From an uncultured Candidatus Saccharibacteria bacterium (GTDB lineage: Bacteria > Patescibacteriota > Minisyncoccia > Phycocordibacterales > DATDWN01): DNA of 64,000 nt. A model generated the notes under the pieces. The model saw only the letters and a program-made list of their open reading frames with translations. It was not told the origin of the DNA and ran no database searches. Location: the NCBI GenBank assembly GCA_964616425.1, contig CAZTQY010000003.1, forward strand, positions 47,402-111,401, given 5' to 3'. How positions within the stretch are numbered: position 1 is the first letter of the stretch; every line of letters begins with the position of its first letter. This document shows positions 9,394 through 19,317 of this stretch, in pieces. The position numbers were made by a program, and so were the translations under genes.

Positions 9394-9464
9394 TGCGAAC
9401 TTCGAACTTCACACAGTTTTGAAAGTTTTAAGTTTTCAATCCGAATTGTGTTAAAATAATTTAA

Positions 9465-10463
9465 ATGTTAAATTCAAAACAAAAATTAAATCCAAAGATT
9501 TTTGATAAGAAGGTAGAACAACTACCTATTCGTCAGGGATTTGGGGAAGGGTTAGTAAAAGCGGGAGAGAAAAACTCTCAAGTTGTTGGACTTTGTTCAG
9601 ATCTTACAGAGTCAACAAAGATGAATCTGTTCCGTGATAAATTTCCTGAGAGGTTTGTTGAGATAGGTATTGCAGAACAAAACCTTGCATCAGTTGCGAG
9701 TGGAATGTCTGCAATGGGAAAAATCCCATTCATTTCGAGTTATGCAATGTTCTCTCCAGGAAGAAACTGGGAGCAGATACGAACGACTATTTGTTATAAC
9801 GACAGAGCTGTCGTCATCGCAGGAAGTCACGCCGGGATATCTGTTGGTCCAGATGGTGGAACTCATCAGGCAATAGAGGACATAGCTATTACACGTGTTA
9901 TACCAAACATGGTTGTTATTTCTCCGTGTGACGCGATAGAGGCCAGGAAAGCAACTATGGCAGCAGCAGAGCTTGGCAAACCAGTTTATTTGCGACTTGC
10001 TCGAGAAAAAACTCCAGTTATAACTACAGAGGAAACTCCTTTTGAAATCGGAAAAGCACAGATCTACTTTGGAGACGAAAAAGCAAAGGCTGATGCTGGA
10101 ATAATAGCGACAGGAGCTCTTGTTCACAAAGCACTGAAAGTTGCAGAGGATTTGAGTAAAGAGGGAATTACGGTAAAAGTTTTAAATATTTCAACAGTTA
10201 AGCCAATAGACAGTGAAGCAATAATTAATATTGCAAAAACTTGCGGAGCGATAGTTACAGTGGAGGAACATCAGATAATTGGTGGACTTGGTTCCGCAGT
10301 TTCTGAAGTTTTGGTACAAAACTTTCCTGTGCCACAGGAATTTATCGGTGTAAAAAATCTATTTGGCCAAAGTGGTAAACCCGATGAGCTAATTGAACAC
10401 TACGAGATGGGAGAGTCACATATTCTTTCAGCAGTAAAAAAAGTAATTGGAAGGAAAAATTAG
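9465..10463 (+). CDS. Transketolase, C-terminal (pyrimidine-binding) subunit
   Basis: Pyrimidine-binding and C-terminal domain similarity; follows the N-terminal subunit gene. Confidence 0.9.
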   Translation: MLNSKQKLNPKIFDKKVEQLPIRQGFGEGLVKAGEKNSQVVGLCSDLTESTKMNLFRDKFPERFVEIGIAEQNLASVASGMSAMGKIPFISSYAMFSPGRNWEQIRTTICYNDRAVVIAGSHAGISVGPDGGTHQAIEDIAITRVIPNMVVISPCDAIEARKATMAAAELGKPVYLRLAREKTPVITTEETPFEIGKAQIYFGDEKAKADAGIIATGALVHKALKVAEDLSKEGITVKVLNISTVKPIDSEAIINIAKTCGAIVTVEEHQIIGGLGSAVSEVLVQNFPVPQEFIGVKNLFGQSGKPDELIEHYEMGESHILSAVKKVIGRKN

Positions 10464-10484
10464 TCTGAATATTTTATAAATGGG

Positions 10485-10512
10485 AAAGCGCCGGATCTCG
10501 GCGCTATTTCCT
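10485..10512. terminator. Bidirectional hairpin terminator between convergent genes
   Basis: agcgccg gatct cggcgct followed by atttcc. Confidence 0.5.
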
Positions 10513-10519
10513 CCTTTGT

Positions 10520-10906
10520 TCAAAAAATAACAGAGTTGATGTTACTGTCCTCGATGAGTGGGATTGCCACATCGAGTATGGCTGGTGCAGCCTTCACATC
10601 GGTCTTCGCCATCTTTTCGAGAAGAGACGTTAGGCTCATCTTCTTCCCGAAACGCAGTCTTTCCTGACGGCAGAACCTTTGTGCGCCTTCGATCTCAAAC
10701 CCGACATAGTTTCTCTTGCCGATCGTCTCGTGGTTTCGGCGGTGGAGAGAAACGTTAGTCCCGCTCACGTGCTGTACCGTCGTAGAGCAGTCCTCAGCAA
10801 CGACCACGATCTGATCGAGGTCTTTGATGTAGTACGCGTGGGGATGGAAGGAGGGCTTGGTCTTGACCCATTCTGCAAACAGCTTGTCCAACAACTCAGT
10901 ATGCAT
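10520..10906 (-). CDS. High-GC cassette B: hypothetical protein
   Basis: SD agaggt, an AT-rich promoter region upstream, and GC about 52%. Confidence 0.45.
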   Translation of the reverse strand: MHTELLDKLFAEWVKTKPSFHPHAYYIKDLDQIVVVAEDCSTTVQHVSGTNVSLHRRNHETIGKRNYVGFEIEGAQRFCRQERLRFGKKMSLTSLLEKMAKTDVKAAPAILDVAIPLIEDSNINSVIF

Positions 10907-10964
10907 TTAGATACCTCTAGATTTTTATTGTATCAAGGTTGTTTTTATTATTCAACAAAAATGT

Positions 10965-11954
10965 TTATAACTTTCTCAGTTTGTAGTCCTCTGGAGCTTT
11001 TACCAGATACTCTTCTATTTTTTCCGGAGTGAGTAGTCCTTTTTGAGCACCGACTTGTTGTGTAACTGACATTGCATTTATTCCAGCCCAAGCAAATGCC
11101 TCTTCAAGTGATTTACCTAGAGCAATAACGCTAACAATAGTTGATTCGTACGCGTCTCCTGCTCCGGTTCTCTCAAATGGTGTATGTGGGTAAATAGGCA
11201 TAAAGTGCATATCGCCTTTTTCTGATTCAAAAATATAAGCACCGTTGAATCCATCTGTTATCACAACAGTTTTTGGACCAAGTGCATTTACTCCCTTCAT
11301 AAGAGTTGGTAAATCACGACTTGTTTCACCTAATATGTGTTGAGCCTCCTCCACGTTACAGAAAAAGATTTCTGTATTTTTATAAATTCTTTCTAGTTTT
11401 TCTTTACCCATTTTTATTTGGAATGTTCCTGGTTGGAAAGCTAGTTTTGTTTCTGGGTGTAACTCGACAAAGTCTACTATCTGCATCTGGAAATCAAAAG
11501 TATTATCACCAAGTGATGAGAGGTAGATCCATTTTGGAGCCTCATCTACTTTGAAATCGTATTTGTAGTGTTCGTGTTTAACCAAAATAGTTCGGTCAAC
11601 GTCATACCATAGTACGTAGTGGTAGTTTGTTTTATTATCTGGATCTGTGTGAACATATTTTGTTTCTACTCCGTCATTTTGTAGAGAAGATATGGAGTCT
11701 TTTCCGTTCTGGTCACCACCTACATATGCGTATAGTGCAGAAGAAAGCCCGAGTCTAGATGCTGATACGGCTGCGTTTGCACTGTTTCCAACTGCGTAAC
11801 AAATCTCTACAGATTCATACGGAACTTTGTCACCGTATCGTACACAAAGTTTACAATTTTCGTTATGTTCATCACATTTAACCTCTGCGTCGTTCATTCT
11901 AATAAAAGCGTCTACTACTATGTCGCCAATGGCCAGTATGTCTATATTTTTCAT
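10965..11954 (-). CDS. PfkB-family carbohydrate kinase (ribokinase-like)
   Basis: N-terminal GDIVVD and C-terminal GAGDAY motifs. Confidence 0.8.
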   Translation of the reverse strand: MKNIDILAIGDIVVDAFIRMNDAEVKCDEHNENCKLCVRYGDKVPYESVEICYAVGNSANAAVSASRLGLSSALYAYVGGDQNGKDSISSLQNDGVETKYVHTDPDNKTNYHYVLWYDVDRTILVKHEHYKYDFKVDEAPKWIYLSSLGDNTFDFQMQIVDFVELHPETKLAFQPGTFQIKMGKEKLERIYKNTEIFFCNVEEAQHILGETSRDLPTLMKGVNALGPKTVVITDGFNGAYIFESEKGDMHFMPIYPHTPFERTGAGDAYESTIVSVIALGKSLEEAFAWAGINAMSVTQQVGAQKGLLTPEKIEEYLVKAPEDYKLRKL

Positions 11955-12233
11955 ATGTGCTGAATTATATCATAGTGAATTCTATTTTGTTGAATACATG
12001 ATATTATTATTTGTATTAATATATTTAGGGGAACAACCGTTTTTTCTGAAAATAAGGAGGTTTATGATGTATTTATAAAAAGTACGACGCCACACTCCAA
12101 AGGTTATTTTATCCTAGCTCCTTCAGGGGCCGGCAAGACACACTATGTCAAGAATCAAATAGAAAAAAATTGGATTGATGGTGACAATCTTTGGTATTCT
12201 GCGGGAGCACATCCTGATGGTCCGTGGTGGACA

Positions 12234-12563
12234 ATGGGAATTGATGTAATAAATGAAGTTGATGCCAGAAGCGACATTATAACTCAGGAAGCAAAAAAGG
12301 TAGGTTTGTGGATTATTGGCGCATCAAATAATTGGTTAATACCTGATGCGGTAGTTTTGCCACCAAGAGAAGTTAATGTTGAATATATAAAAAAACGTGA
12401 GAATGGTGAATATGATGGTGGTTTAAAATCAGATCAATTGGAACAACTTGATTCACACCGAGAATGGATAAGAAACATGGCTGAAAAAAATGATGTGCCA
12501 ATTTTCGATTCAGTTGGTGAAGCTACAGATTATATTATGAAAATTTATTTAAATAATAATTAG
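12234..12563 (+). CDS. P-loop NTPase/kinase-like protein; reading frame is open upstream to 11994 and contains the Walker A motif without a canonical in-frame start
   Basis: Upstream in-frame YFILAPSGAGKTHY. SD aaggagg plus ATGATG at 12064 lies in another frame and hits TAA after 4 codons. Likely a 1-nt frameshift in the ttt run near 12072. Confidence 0.5.
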   Translation: MGIDVINEVDARSDIITQEAKKVGLWIIGASNNWLIPDAVVLPPREVNVEYIKKRENGEYDGGLKSDQLEQLDSHREWIRNMAEKNDVPIFDSVGEATDYIMKIYLNNN

Positions 12564-12566
12564 AAA

Positions 12567-13421
12567 ATGAAAGGTATAGAAGGCGCTCAATTTGATGATT
12601 TAAAATTAAATTCCGAAACAATAGATAGAATACCACCAGATTTAGGGGGTACTTCTATTGTAATGCAGAGGCATGGTAAATATGAAAGAGAAACAGGTAG
12701 CCTCACTGAAAGTGGTGAAGAAATTTCTCGAGAAAAGTCTACTAAAATTATTGATGATTTTATTGATAAGATCCCAGAAGACGAAAGAAAGAAGCTAGTA
12801 TTGATGGTGTTGGCTAGCCCAACAGAATTAAACGGAGGACAAAGAAGTATGGAAACTGCCAAAGTTGCTATAGATAGTGCACGTAAAGTTTTTGAAAAAT
12901 ACGGTATACCAGAGGGAAATATCTTAACTACAGATCCTCGACCCGTCGAGGATATAGAAGAGCCAAGGATATTTAAAGAAAATCTAGATTACATGAATTT
13001 CTTATTTGATAAATATGGAAAAGGGACACAGTCTTTCTGGAAAGCTTTTGAGGAAGATGTTCATAAGGATGAGAGGTTGCAATTTGGAGCTGAGGGTCCA
13101 GTTGATATGAGTGATAGGTACGCACATTTTATTGATGTTCTTGGAAGGTACTCTCGACAATTTCATGCAAAAAATCAGGAAGACAAGAAAAGGCTTATAA
13201 TTTGGGTTGTATCACATTATGATACAATAACCACATATATTAAAAATCACGTAGCAAATATTCCGCAAGAAAAGTATGTTCCTGTGGATTATGATGGTGG
13301 AGTGACGATGAATATTAATCCAGAGAACGAGGCGAGTATACAAATTGGAGATACTAAAGTTCCTGTAGAATTATCAAAGCAAGGTAATATTACTGCAAGA
13401 GTGAAAAATCAAGAAAAATAA
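12567..13421 (+). CDS. Histidine phosphatase superfamily protein (phosphoglycerate mutase-like)
   Basis: RHG motif (VMQRHGKYE) and a C-terminal SHYD region. Confidence 0.55.
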   Translation: MKGIEGAQFDDLKLNSETIDRIPPDLGGTSIVMQRHGKYERETGSLTESGEEISREKSTKIIDDFIDKIPEDERKKLVLMVLASPTELNGGQRSMETAKVAIDSARKVFEKYGIPEGNILTTDPRPVEDIEEPRIFKENLDYMNFLFDKYGKGTQSFWKAFEEDVHKDERLQFGAEGPVDMSDRYAHFIDVLGRYSRQFHAKNQEDKKRLIIWVVSHYDTITTYIKNHVANIPQEKYVPVDYDGGVTMNINPENEASIQIGDTKVPVELSKQGNITARVKNQEK

Positions 13422-13429
13422 TAATAAAT

Positions 13430-14296
13430 ATGAAAACTTTAAAACAATCAGTACTCGAGGCACGAGAGAAAAAAGTAGCAATCGGTCATTTTAATATTTC
13501 TAACTTGGAAGCGCTTTGGGGTATTTTCAAAGCAGCACAATCACTCAACGTTCCTGTTATCATAGGTGTTTCAGAAGGTGAGAGAGACTTTGTTGGTGTA
13601 AAGCAAGCTGTAGCTTTGGTAAAAAGTATTCGTGAGGAGTTCGACTATCCTATTTACTTAAACGCCGACCACACATACTCATTTGATCGAGTAAAAGAGG
13701 CGATAGATGCAGGTTTTGATTCTGTTATCATCGACGGAGCAAAACTTTCTTTCGATGAAAATGTAAAGATAACAAAACAGTGTGTTGAATATGCTCGAGC
13801 TAGCGGGCGGGAGGTTTTGGTTGAGGCTGAACTTGGTTACATTGGTCAGTCGTCAAAAGTTCTAGATGAGATACCGGAGGGAGTGCTCTTGGATGAGAGT
13901 TCTCTCACTGATCCAGTAAAGGCAAAAGAGTTCGTAGATTTAACTGGTATAGATATGCTAGCTCCTGCAATAGGAAACTTTCATGGCATGCTCAGAGGTG
14001 GTGTTGATCCAAAACTAAATATAGAGAGAACAAAATTGATTTACGAAACTACAGCTATCCCACTTACACTGCATGGAGGTTCAGGTAACTCAGAGGATGA
14101 TTTTAAACAAGCTATAGCAAACGGAGTGTCTATTGTTCATATAAATACAGAAATTCGTGTAGCTTTCAGAGATGCAATAAAGAAGTCTCTTCAAGAAAAC
14201 CCAGAGGAGGTGGCTCCGTACAAGTTCCTAAAGCCAGGAGTAAAAGCAGTCCAAGATGTGGTAGAGAAGAAACTACGATTTTTCAATAACTTATAA
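13430..14296 (+). CDS. fba: Class II fructose-bisphosphate aldolase
   Basis: NADHTYSFD and LHGGSG motifs. Confidence 0.9.
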   Translation: MKTLKQSVLEAREKKVAIGHFNISNLEALWGIFKAAQSLNVPVIIGVSEGERDFVGVKQAVALVKSIREEFDYPIYLNADHTYSFDRVKEAIDAGFDSVIIDGAKLSFDENVKITKQCVEYARASGREVLVEAELGYIGQSSKVLDEIPEGVLLDESSLTDPVKAKEFVDLTGIDMLAPAIGNFHGMLRGGVDPKLNIERTKLIYETTAIPLTLHGGSGNSEDDFKQAIANGVSIVHINTEIRVAFRDAIKKSLQENPEEVAPYKFLKPGVKAVQDVVEKKLRFFNNL

Positions 14297-14342
14297 CTTT
14301 CATTTATAAGATTTTTATTGTATAAATGTCTCGGAGGTTTGC

Positions 14343-14561
14343 GTGTTAGATTCTGATACACAGCCAGTTACATTGGATGAAGCCTTTGAAATCTGCCAGC
14401 GAGCGTTCGCTGGTGGACATGTCGATCACGAGAGAGTGCTCGACATCAAAGCCTATTGCTACGTCGATGACAACTTTGCAGTTGCTTTGTATGAGCGACT
14501 GCACTTGTCTGGACATTTCGTTATGTCCGCCCTGGATCGTGCTGTGTACGAAAGCCTGTAA
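14343..14561 (+). CDS. High-GC cassette C: hypothetical 72-aa protein (GTG start)
   Basis: SD ggagg 8 nt upstream of GTG. A terminator follows. Confidence 0.4.
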   Translation: MLDSDTQPVTLDEAFEICQRAFAGGHVDHERVLDIKAYCYVDDNFAVALYERLHLSGHFVMSALDRAVYESL

Positions 14562-14583
14562 AGTACAACACGGTCTACCTTAC

Positions 14584-14620
14584 CTCGTCTGCACGAAAAC
14601 TCGTTGCGGACGAGTTTTCA
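14584..14620 (+). terminator. Hairpin terminator of cassette C
   Basis: ctcgtctgc..gcggacgag followed by a tttt run. Confidence 0.5.
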
Positions 14621-14674
14621 ATTATTTAGCATATAGGGGTTGATTAATTAACACTTTTTGTTATACTGGCCAAC

Positions 14675-15313
14675 ATGATTAATTTAGATGCACAACTACG
14701 AGACAAGGCAGTCAGTCTTGATACTCTAAAGAAAGAGGCAAAAATGCCTGCTGTTTTTTATGGAAAAAAGACAGAATCTACACCTATTTCTATATTGAAA
14801 AAGGATTTTATTGCAGTTTGGAAAAAGGCTGGTGAGTCAGGAGTGGTTTCTATAAAGACAGAAAAGGGAACAGTTGATACTCTTATCCAGGCTGTTGATG
14901 TTGATCCTGTTACAGATATCCCACGACATGCTGACTTCTATGTATTCGAAAAGGGAAAGAAAGTGGAAGTTTCAGTTCCTCTAGAGTTCGTTGGTGTTTC
15001 TCCTGCAATAAAGGATCTAGGTGGTCTTTTGGTTAGATCTTTGCATGATCTAAAGATTTCTGCAGATCCTCAGCATATACCTCACGACATACAGGTTGAT
15101 ATCTCATCACTTGTTGATTTTTCAAGTCAGATACTTGCTTCACAGATAAAACTTCCAGCGGGAGTTGATCTAGTTGAAAACCCAGAAGAAGTGGTTGCTT
15201 CAGCATCAGCACCTAGAGAGGAAGTTGTTGAAGAGTCTGCTCCTATCGATCTTTCTGCTATTGAAGTAGAGAAAAAAGGTAAAAAAGAAGAAGAGGGAGA
15301 AGTTACTGCATAA
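14675..15313 (+). CDS. rplY: Ribosomal protein L25/Ctc-like with acidic C-terminal extension
   Basis: L25 N-terminal beta-barrel signature. Confidence 0.8.
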   Translation: MINLDAQLRDKAVSLDTLKKEAKMPAVFYGKKTESTPISILKKDFIAVWKKAGESGVVSIKTEKGTVDTLIQAVDVDPVTDIPRHADFYVFEKGKKVEVSVPLEFVGVSPAIKDLGGLLVRSLHDLKISADPQHIPHDIQVDISSLVDFSSQILASQIKLPAGVDLVENPEEVVASASAPREEVVEESAPIDLSAIEVEKKGKKEEEGEVTA

Positions 15314-15419
15314 ACTGTAATAATAACGTAAAAATATCGTCTAATTTAGAGCCATCTGGCTCTTTTTTAGTATAAATTTTAGGAGACAAAAGATTCCAAA
15401 ATGGTGTATAATCATAAAG

Positions 15420-16823
15420 ATGTCGTCACAGTTATTTTTATTGCCAAGAAATAGAATTTACAGCTTTTTATTGCTGTCTTTTTGTGTGTTGGGGCTATTT
15501 TTCAGCCACACTTTTTCTGCATATGCTATTACTGACGCTGAACAAGAAGCTCAGTGGCGAGCTGAATTGGCACAAACAGAAGCTGATATAGCCAAGTGGC
15601 AGTCTATTTTGGATAGCACAAAAGCGAACACTAAATCATTACAAAATGAAGCAGCAATACTTAACGCTAAAATAAAAGAAGCTCAAGCTACAATAAAGAA
15701 AAGAACAATCGCGATAGAACAACTCAATAAAGATATTCAGGCTAAGACCAAAACAATAGGGAACTTGGAGGACAAAATAGAGAGAGGTCATGATTCATTG
15801 GCTCAACTTCTACGACAGACCAATGAGATAGATCAAACCTCGCTACCCGAGATTATTTTGGGTAACAAAGATATATCAGATTTTTTTGCTGATATAGATT
15901 CGTTTCAAATGATAAAAAGATCAATGCAAGAATTGTTCGCTACAATACGAGAAACAAAGGTGGTAACTGAAAAGGAAAAAGCAGATTTGGATATAAAGAA
16001 GAATAAAGAAATAGATACAAAAGCCCTTGTAGAAGCTCAAAAAAAACAAGTTGAGGCCAACGAAAAACAAAAACAATATTTGATTACAGTTAATAAAACA
16101 CAAGAAAAAACTTATGAACAAGTTTTAGCTGAGAGGCAGAAAAAAGCTGCAGAAATTAGAGCTGCATTGTTTAAGCTTCGAGATACTGCCGCTATTTCTT
16201 TCGGTGATGCTTTGGTATATGCACAAGCAGCATCAGCTAAAACTGGTGTTAGAGCAGCATTTCTACTCGCTATTTTGACTCAAGAGTCTAACTTGGGACA
16301 GAATGTTGGTTCGTGTTTGGTCACAGATATAACTAACGGCGATGGTAAAGGTAAAAATACAGGTACAGTCTTTGAAAAGGTAATGAAGTCTCCTCGTGAT
16401 ACAGTCCCGTTTGAAGCTATTACTACTCGACTTGGAATGAGTTGGATGAATACTCCTGTTTCTTGTCCTCCTGGCACAAAATACACTTCGACACGAGGAT
16501 ACGGAGGTGGAATGGGTCCTTCACAGTTTATACCTTCAACATGGGAATTGTTTAAGAGTAAAGTTGGTAGTGCACTCGGCGTTTCTGCAGACTCAGCTGA
16601 TCCTTGGAACCCTCAGCATGCTTTCATGGCTACTGCGATTTATATGAAGGAGCTAGGTGCAGTTTCTGGTTCGTATACAGCAGAGAGGAATGCTGCTTGT
16701 AAGTATTATTCTGGCTCTTCTTGTTCTTCTACTAGAAAACCACCAAATATGTTTTATGGAGAGAGTGTAATGAGCATAGCTGAAAATATCCAGACAACCA
16801 TGATTGACCCACTTAATATCTAA
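15420..16823 (+). CDS. Secreted coiled-coil protein with C-terminal lysozyme-like (lytic-transglycosylase-like) domain
   Basis: Signal/TM at the N-terminus, long heptad-rich segment, and ..LLAILTQESNLGQ.. in the C-terminal domain. Confidence 0.5.
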   Translation: MSSQLFLLPRNRIYSFLLLSFCVLGLFFSHTFSAYAITDAEQEAQWRAELAQTEADIAKWQSILDSTKANTKSLQNEAAILNAKIKEAQATIKKRTIAIEQLNKDIQAKTKTIGNLEDKIERGHDSLAQLLRQTNEIDQTSLPEIILGNKDISDFFADIDSFQMIKRSMQELFATIRETKVVTEKEKADLDIKKNKEIDTKALVEAQKKQVEANEKQKQYLITVNKTQEKTYEQVLAERQKKAAEIRAALFKLRDTAAISFGDALVYAQAASAKTGVRAAFLLAILTQESNLGQNVGSCLVTDITNGDGKGKNTGTVFEKVMKSPRDTVPFEAITTRLGMSWMNTPVSCPPGTKYTSTRGYGGGMGPSQFIPSTWELFKSKVGSALGVSADSADPWNPQHAFMATAIYMKELGAVSGSYTAERNAACKYYSGSSCSSTRKPPNMFYGESVMSIAENIQTTMIDPLNI

Positions 16824-16873
16824 ATCTCTACATTCTTGCCAAAATGAGCCTATTTTGGTAGAGTATTCCGGTA

Positions 16874-17155
16874 ATGAAAAAAGAAATACATCCACAAAAC
16901 TATAGACCAGTACTATTTATCGACAACTCAAATGGCGCTGAATTTATAATATCTTCAACTGTTCCATCTACTGAAACAGCAAAAGCAAAGGCAGACAAGA
17001 AAGAGTACCCAGTTTACCGAGTTGAAATCTCAAGTGCATCACATCCTTTCTATACTGGAAACGAGAAGTCACTAGACACAGCAGGACGAGCAGAGAAGTT
17101 TAAGCAACGAGTTGCAAAAGCTACTGCTACTAAAGCTAAGAAATCAACAAAATAA
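16874..17155 (+). CDS. rpmE: Ribosomal protein L31
   Basis: MKKEIHPQNY..HPFYTG motifs. Confidence 0.9.
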   Translation: MKKEIHPQNYRPVLFIDNSNGAEFIISSTVPSTETAKAKADKKEYPVYRVEISSASHPFYTGNEKSLDTAGRAEKFKQRVAKATATKAKKSTK

Positions 17156-17157
17156 CC

Positions 17158-17194
17158 CCGCCTGCGTTGTTGCAGGTCGGGTTATTTTGTTCAA
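17158..17194 (+). terminator. rpmE terminator; first part of a repeated module also found at 56243-56325
   Basis: cccgcctgcgttgttgcaggtcggg followed by ttatttt. Confidence 0.5.
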
Positions 17195-17292
17195 TGTACT
17201 CCGTGTACACCTCACTCAAAAACCATCCTGCGCCTAGCACTCAGGGCTATTTTCTTGATTTCTTAAGTGACTAATTTGTTATAATTACTTTA

Positions 17293-18267
17293 ATGGATTT
17301 AGAAAAATTTATACAAAACCCAAAGACATCATATCTTGCACAAGAGTTTCAACGACTAGCAAAGCAAGAAGATGAAACTACACAAATGATTGCAAGTGAT
17401 CCATCACTTGCTGATTTGGCGCACAGTGATTTGGAAAATATAAAGTCACAGAAAGATGCTCTAATGAAACAGATGGAGGAAATAGTAGCTGAGGAAGAAA
17501 AAGAAGAAGAGTTCCCGAACGAGATTATTCTCGAGGTTCGAGCTGGCGCCGGTGGAGAGGAGGCTTCTATTTTTGCTGAGGACTTGGCTCATATGTATAC
17601 ACGATATGCTGAAAACCAAGGCTGGTCAGTGGCTCCTATCGATGAATCTCGAAGTGCAGTCGGTGGATACAAAGAAGCAGCCTTTGAGATACATGGCCGG
17701 GGTGTATATAAACAGCTACGTTTTGAAACAGGAGTACACAGAGTGCAGAGAATCCCAGCAACTGAGAAGATGGGACGTGTTCATACATCAACTGCAACAG
17801 TCGCAGTTCTACCACTCCGAAAGAAAACAACTATAGAAATAAAACCAAGTGATTTGGAAATAGAAACATCACGATCTGGCGGGGCAGGAGGACAAAACGT
17901 TAACAAGGTTGAAACAGCGGTAAGAATCATCCACAAACCAACAGGTATAGACGTTCGATCTACGTCGCAGCGAAGCCAGCTCAAAAACCGCGAAGCAGCG
18001 ATGAGTATTTTGACTGCAAAACTTCAAATGATGAAAGATGAGGAAGAGTCAGCAAAGTATTCTGCTGACAGAAAGTCTCAGGTTGGAACAGCAGATAGGT
18101 CAGAAAAGATTCGAACATACAACATTCTTCAGGATCGTATTACAGACCACCGTATAAAACAGTCTTGGCACAATATTGAAAAGATCCTGGCTGGGGGAAT
18201 AGAGCCAATAATAGAGTCAATGGAAAACTTTGATGGGAGTTCTGTTGTGGGTGGTGATGAGGAGTAA
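17293..18267 (+). CDS. prfA: Peptide chain release factor 1
   Basis: GGQ motif plus RIPATE (PxT-type), as in E. coli RF1 RVPATE. Confidence 0.9.
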   Translation: MDLEKFIQNPKTSYLAQEFQRLAKQEDETTQMIASDPSLADLAHSDLENIKSQKDALMKQMEEIVAEEEKEEEFPNEIILEVRAGAGGEEASIFAEDLAHMYTRYAENQGWSVAPIDESRSAVGGYKEAAFEIHGRGVYKQLRFETGVHRVQRIPATEKMGRVHTSTATVAVLPLRKKTTIEIKPSDLEIETSRSGGAGGQNVNKVETAVRIIHKPTGIDVRSTSQRSQLKNREAAMSILTAKLQMMKDEEESAKYSADRKSQVGTADRSEKIRTYNILQDRITDHRIKQSWHNIEKILAGGIEPIIESMENFDGSSVVGGDEE

Positions 18268-18400
18268 GTCTTGCAAAAATGCCAATATTTTGGTATATTT
18301 TGGCCCACGCATTAAATTGCGATAATTATAAAAATAACAAAATTAGGAATCGCAAGGCACAGATAGTTGCCTGTCCCAACGGGATTGATTTAAAACAACA

Positions 18401-19132
18401 ATGAATAAAACAGATACAAATAATTCAAATAGTGGAAATGGCGTAGTAGACGCTCTATTTTCTGCAGGTGCTCACTTCGGCTTTATCAAGTCTAGACGAC
18501 ACCCTTCAACAAAACCTTTTATATACGGAGTAAAAAACAAAATCGAGATTTTTGACCTTGAGAAAACAAAGGAATCTCTTGATACAGCACTAACTTTTAT
18601 TGAGAGTGTTGCAGCAAAGAATGGTTCTATATTATTTGTTAGTGGTAAAAACGAGGCAAAAGGAGCTATTACTTCAGTTGCGGAATCTATCAACATGCCA
18701 TACGTTGCTGGACGATTTATCGGAGGAACTTTGACTAACTTCCCAGAAATCCGAAAGCGAGTAGAAAAGCTAGAATCTCTAGTTTCTCAAAAAGAAAAGG
18801 GTGAGCTAGTAAAATACACTAAGAAAGAGAGACTTTTGATAGACCGAGAAATCGACAAGCTAAGAGAGTTCTTCTTTGGACTTTCAGTTATGAAGAGACT
18901 TCCAGATGCTATATTTGTTGTAGACGCAAAGCGAGAGTCTATTGCAGTAAAGGAAGCAAAGTACATGGGAATCCCAACTATCGCTATCTGTGGAACAGAT
19001 AACAACCTAAACGAAGTAGAGTTCCCAATACCTGGAAACGATGCTTCAAAGACAAGTATTGAATTTTTCCTTGCAAAAGCAGCAGAAGCTTTCAAGGCTG
19101 GTCAGTTGAAGAAACCAGTAGCTACTGTATAA
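18401..19132 (+). CDS. rpsB: Ribosomal protein S2
   Basis: AGAHFG..RW motifs. Confidence 0.95.
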   Translation: MNKTDTNNSNSGNGVVDALFSAGAHFGFIKSRRHPSTKPFIYGVKNKIEIFDLEKTKESLDTALTFIESVAAKNGSILFVSGKNEAKGAITSVAESINMPYVAGRFIGGTLTNFPEIRKRVEKLESLVSQKEKGELVKYTKKERLLIDREIDKLREFFFGLSVMKRLPDAIFVVDAKRESIAVKEAKYMGIPTIAICGTDNNLNEVEFPIPGNDASKTSIEFFLAKAAEAFKAGQLKKPVATV

Positions 19133-19140
19133 TAATTAGG

Positions 19141-19262
19141 ACTCCCATAGATGGTGCATTTCGTTGTTGGAAAAGTAAATGTTCTCGTCACCTTACGTTA
19201 GAGTAAGGCTCCTCGCTCATTTACCTTTCCCCCTAGAACTGCATCCATCTACGTAAGTCCTA
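19141..19262. mobile_element. MITE-like palindromic element related to family alpha, between rpsB and tsf
   Basis: TIRs ggactcccatagatggtgca / tgcatccatctacgtaagtcc, and an inner tcgtcacctta..taaggctcctc core shared with 7113 and 39165. Confidence 0.4.
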
Positions 19263-19317
19263 TCTACAGTAATGGTTGCAGTGTTTTACTTCTTTAATTT
19301 ATCTTAATCTAATTTAT

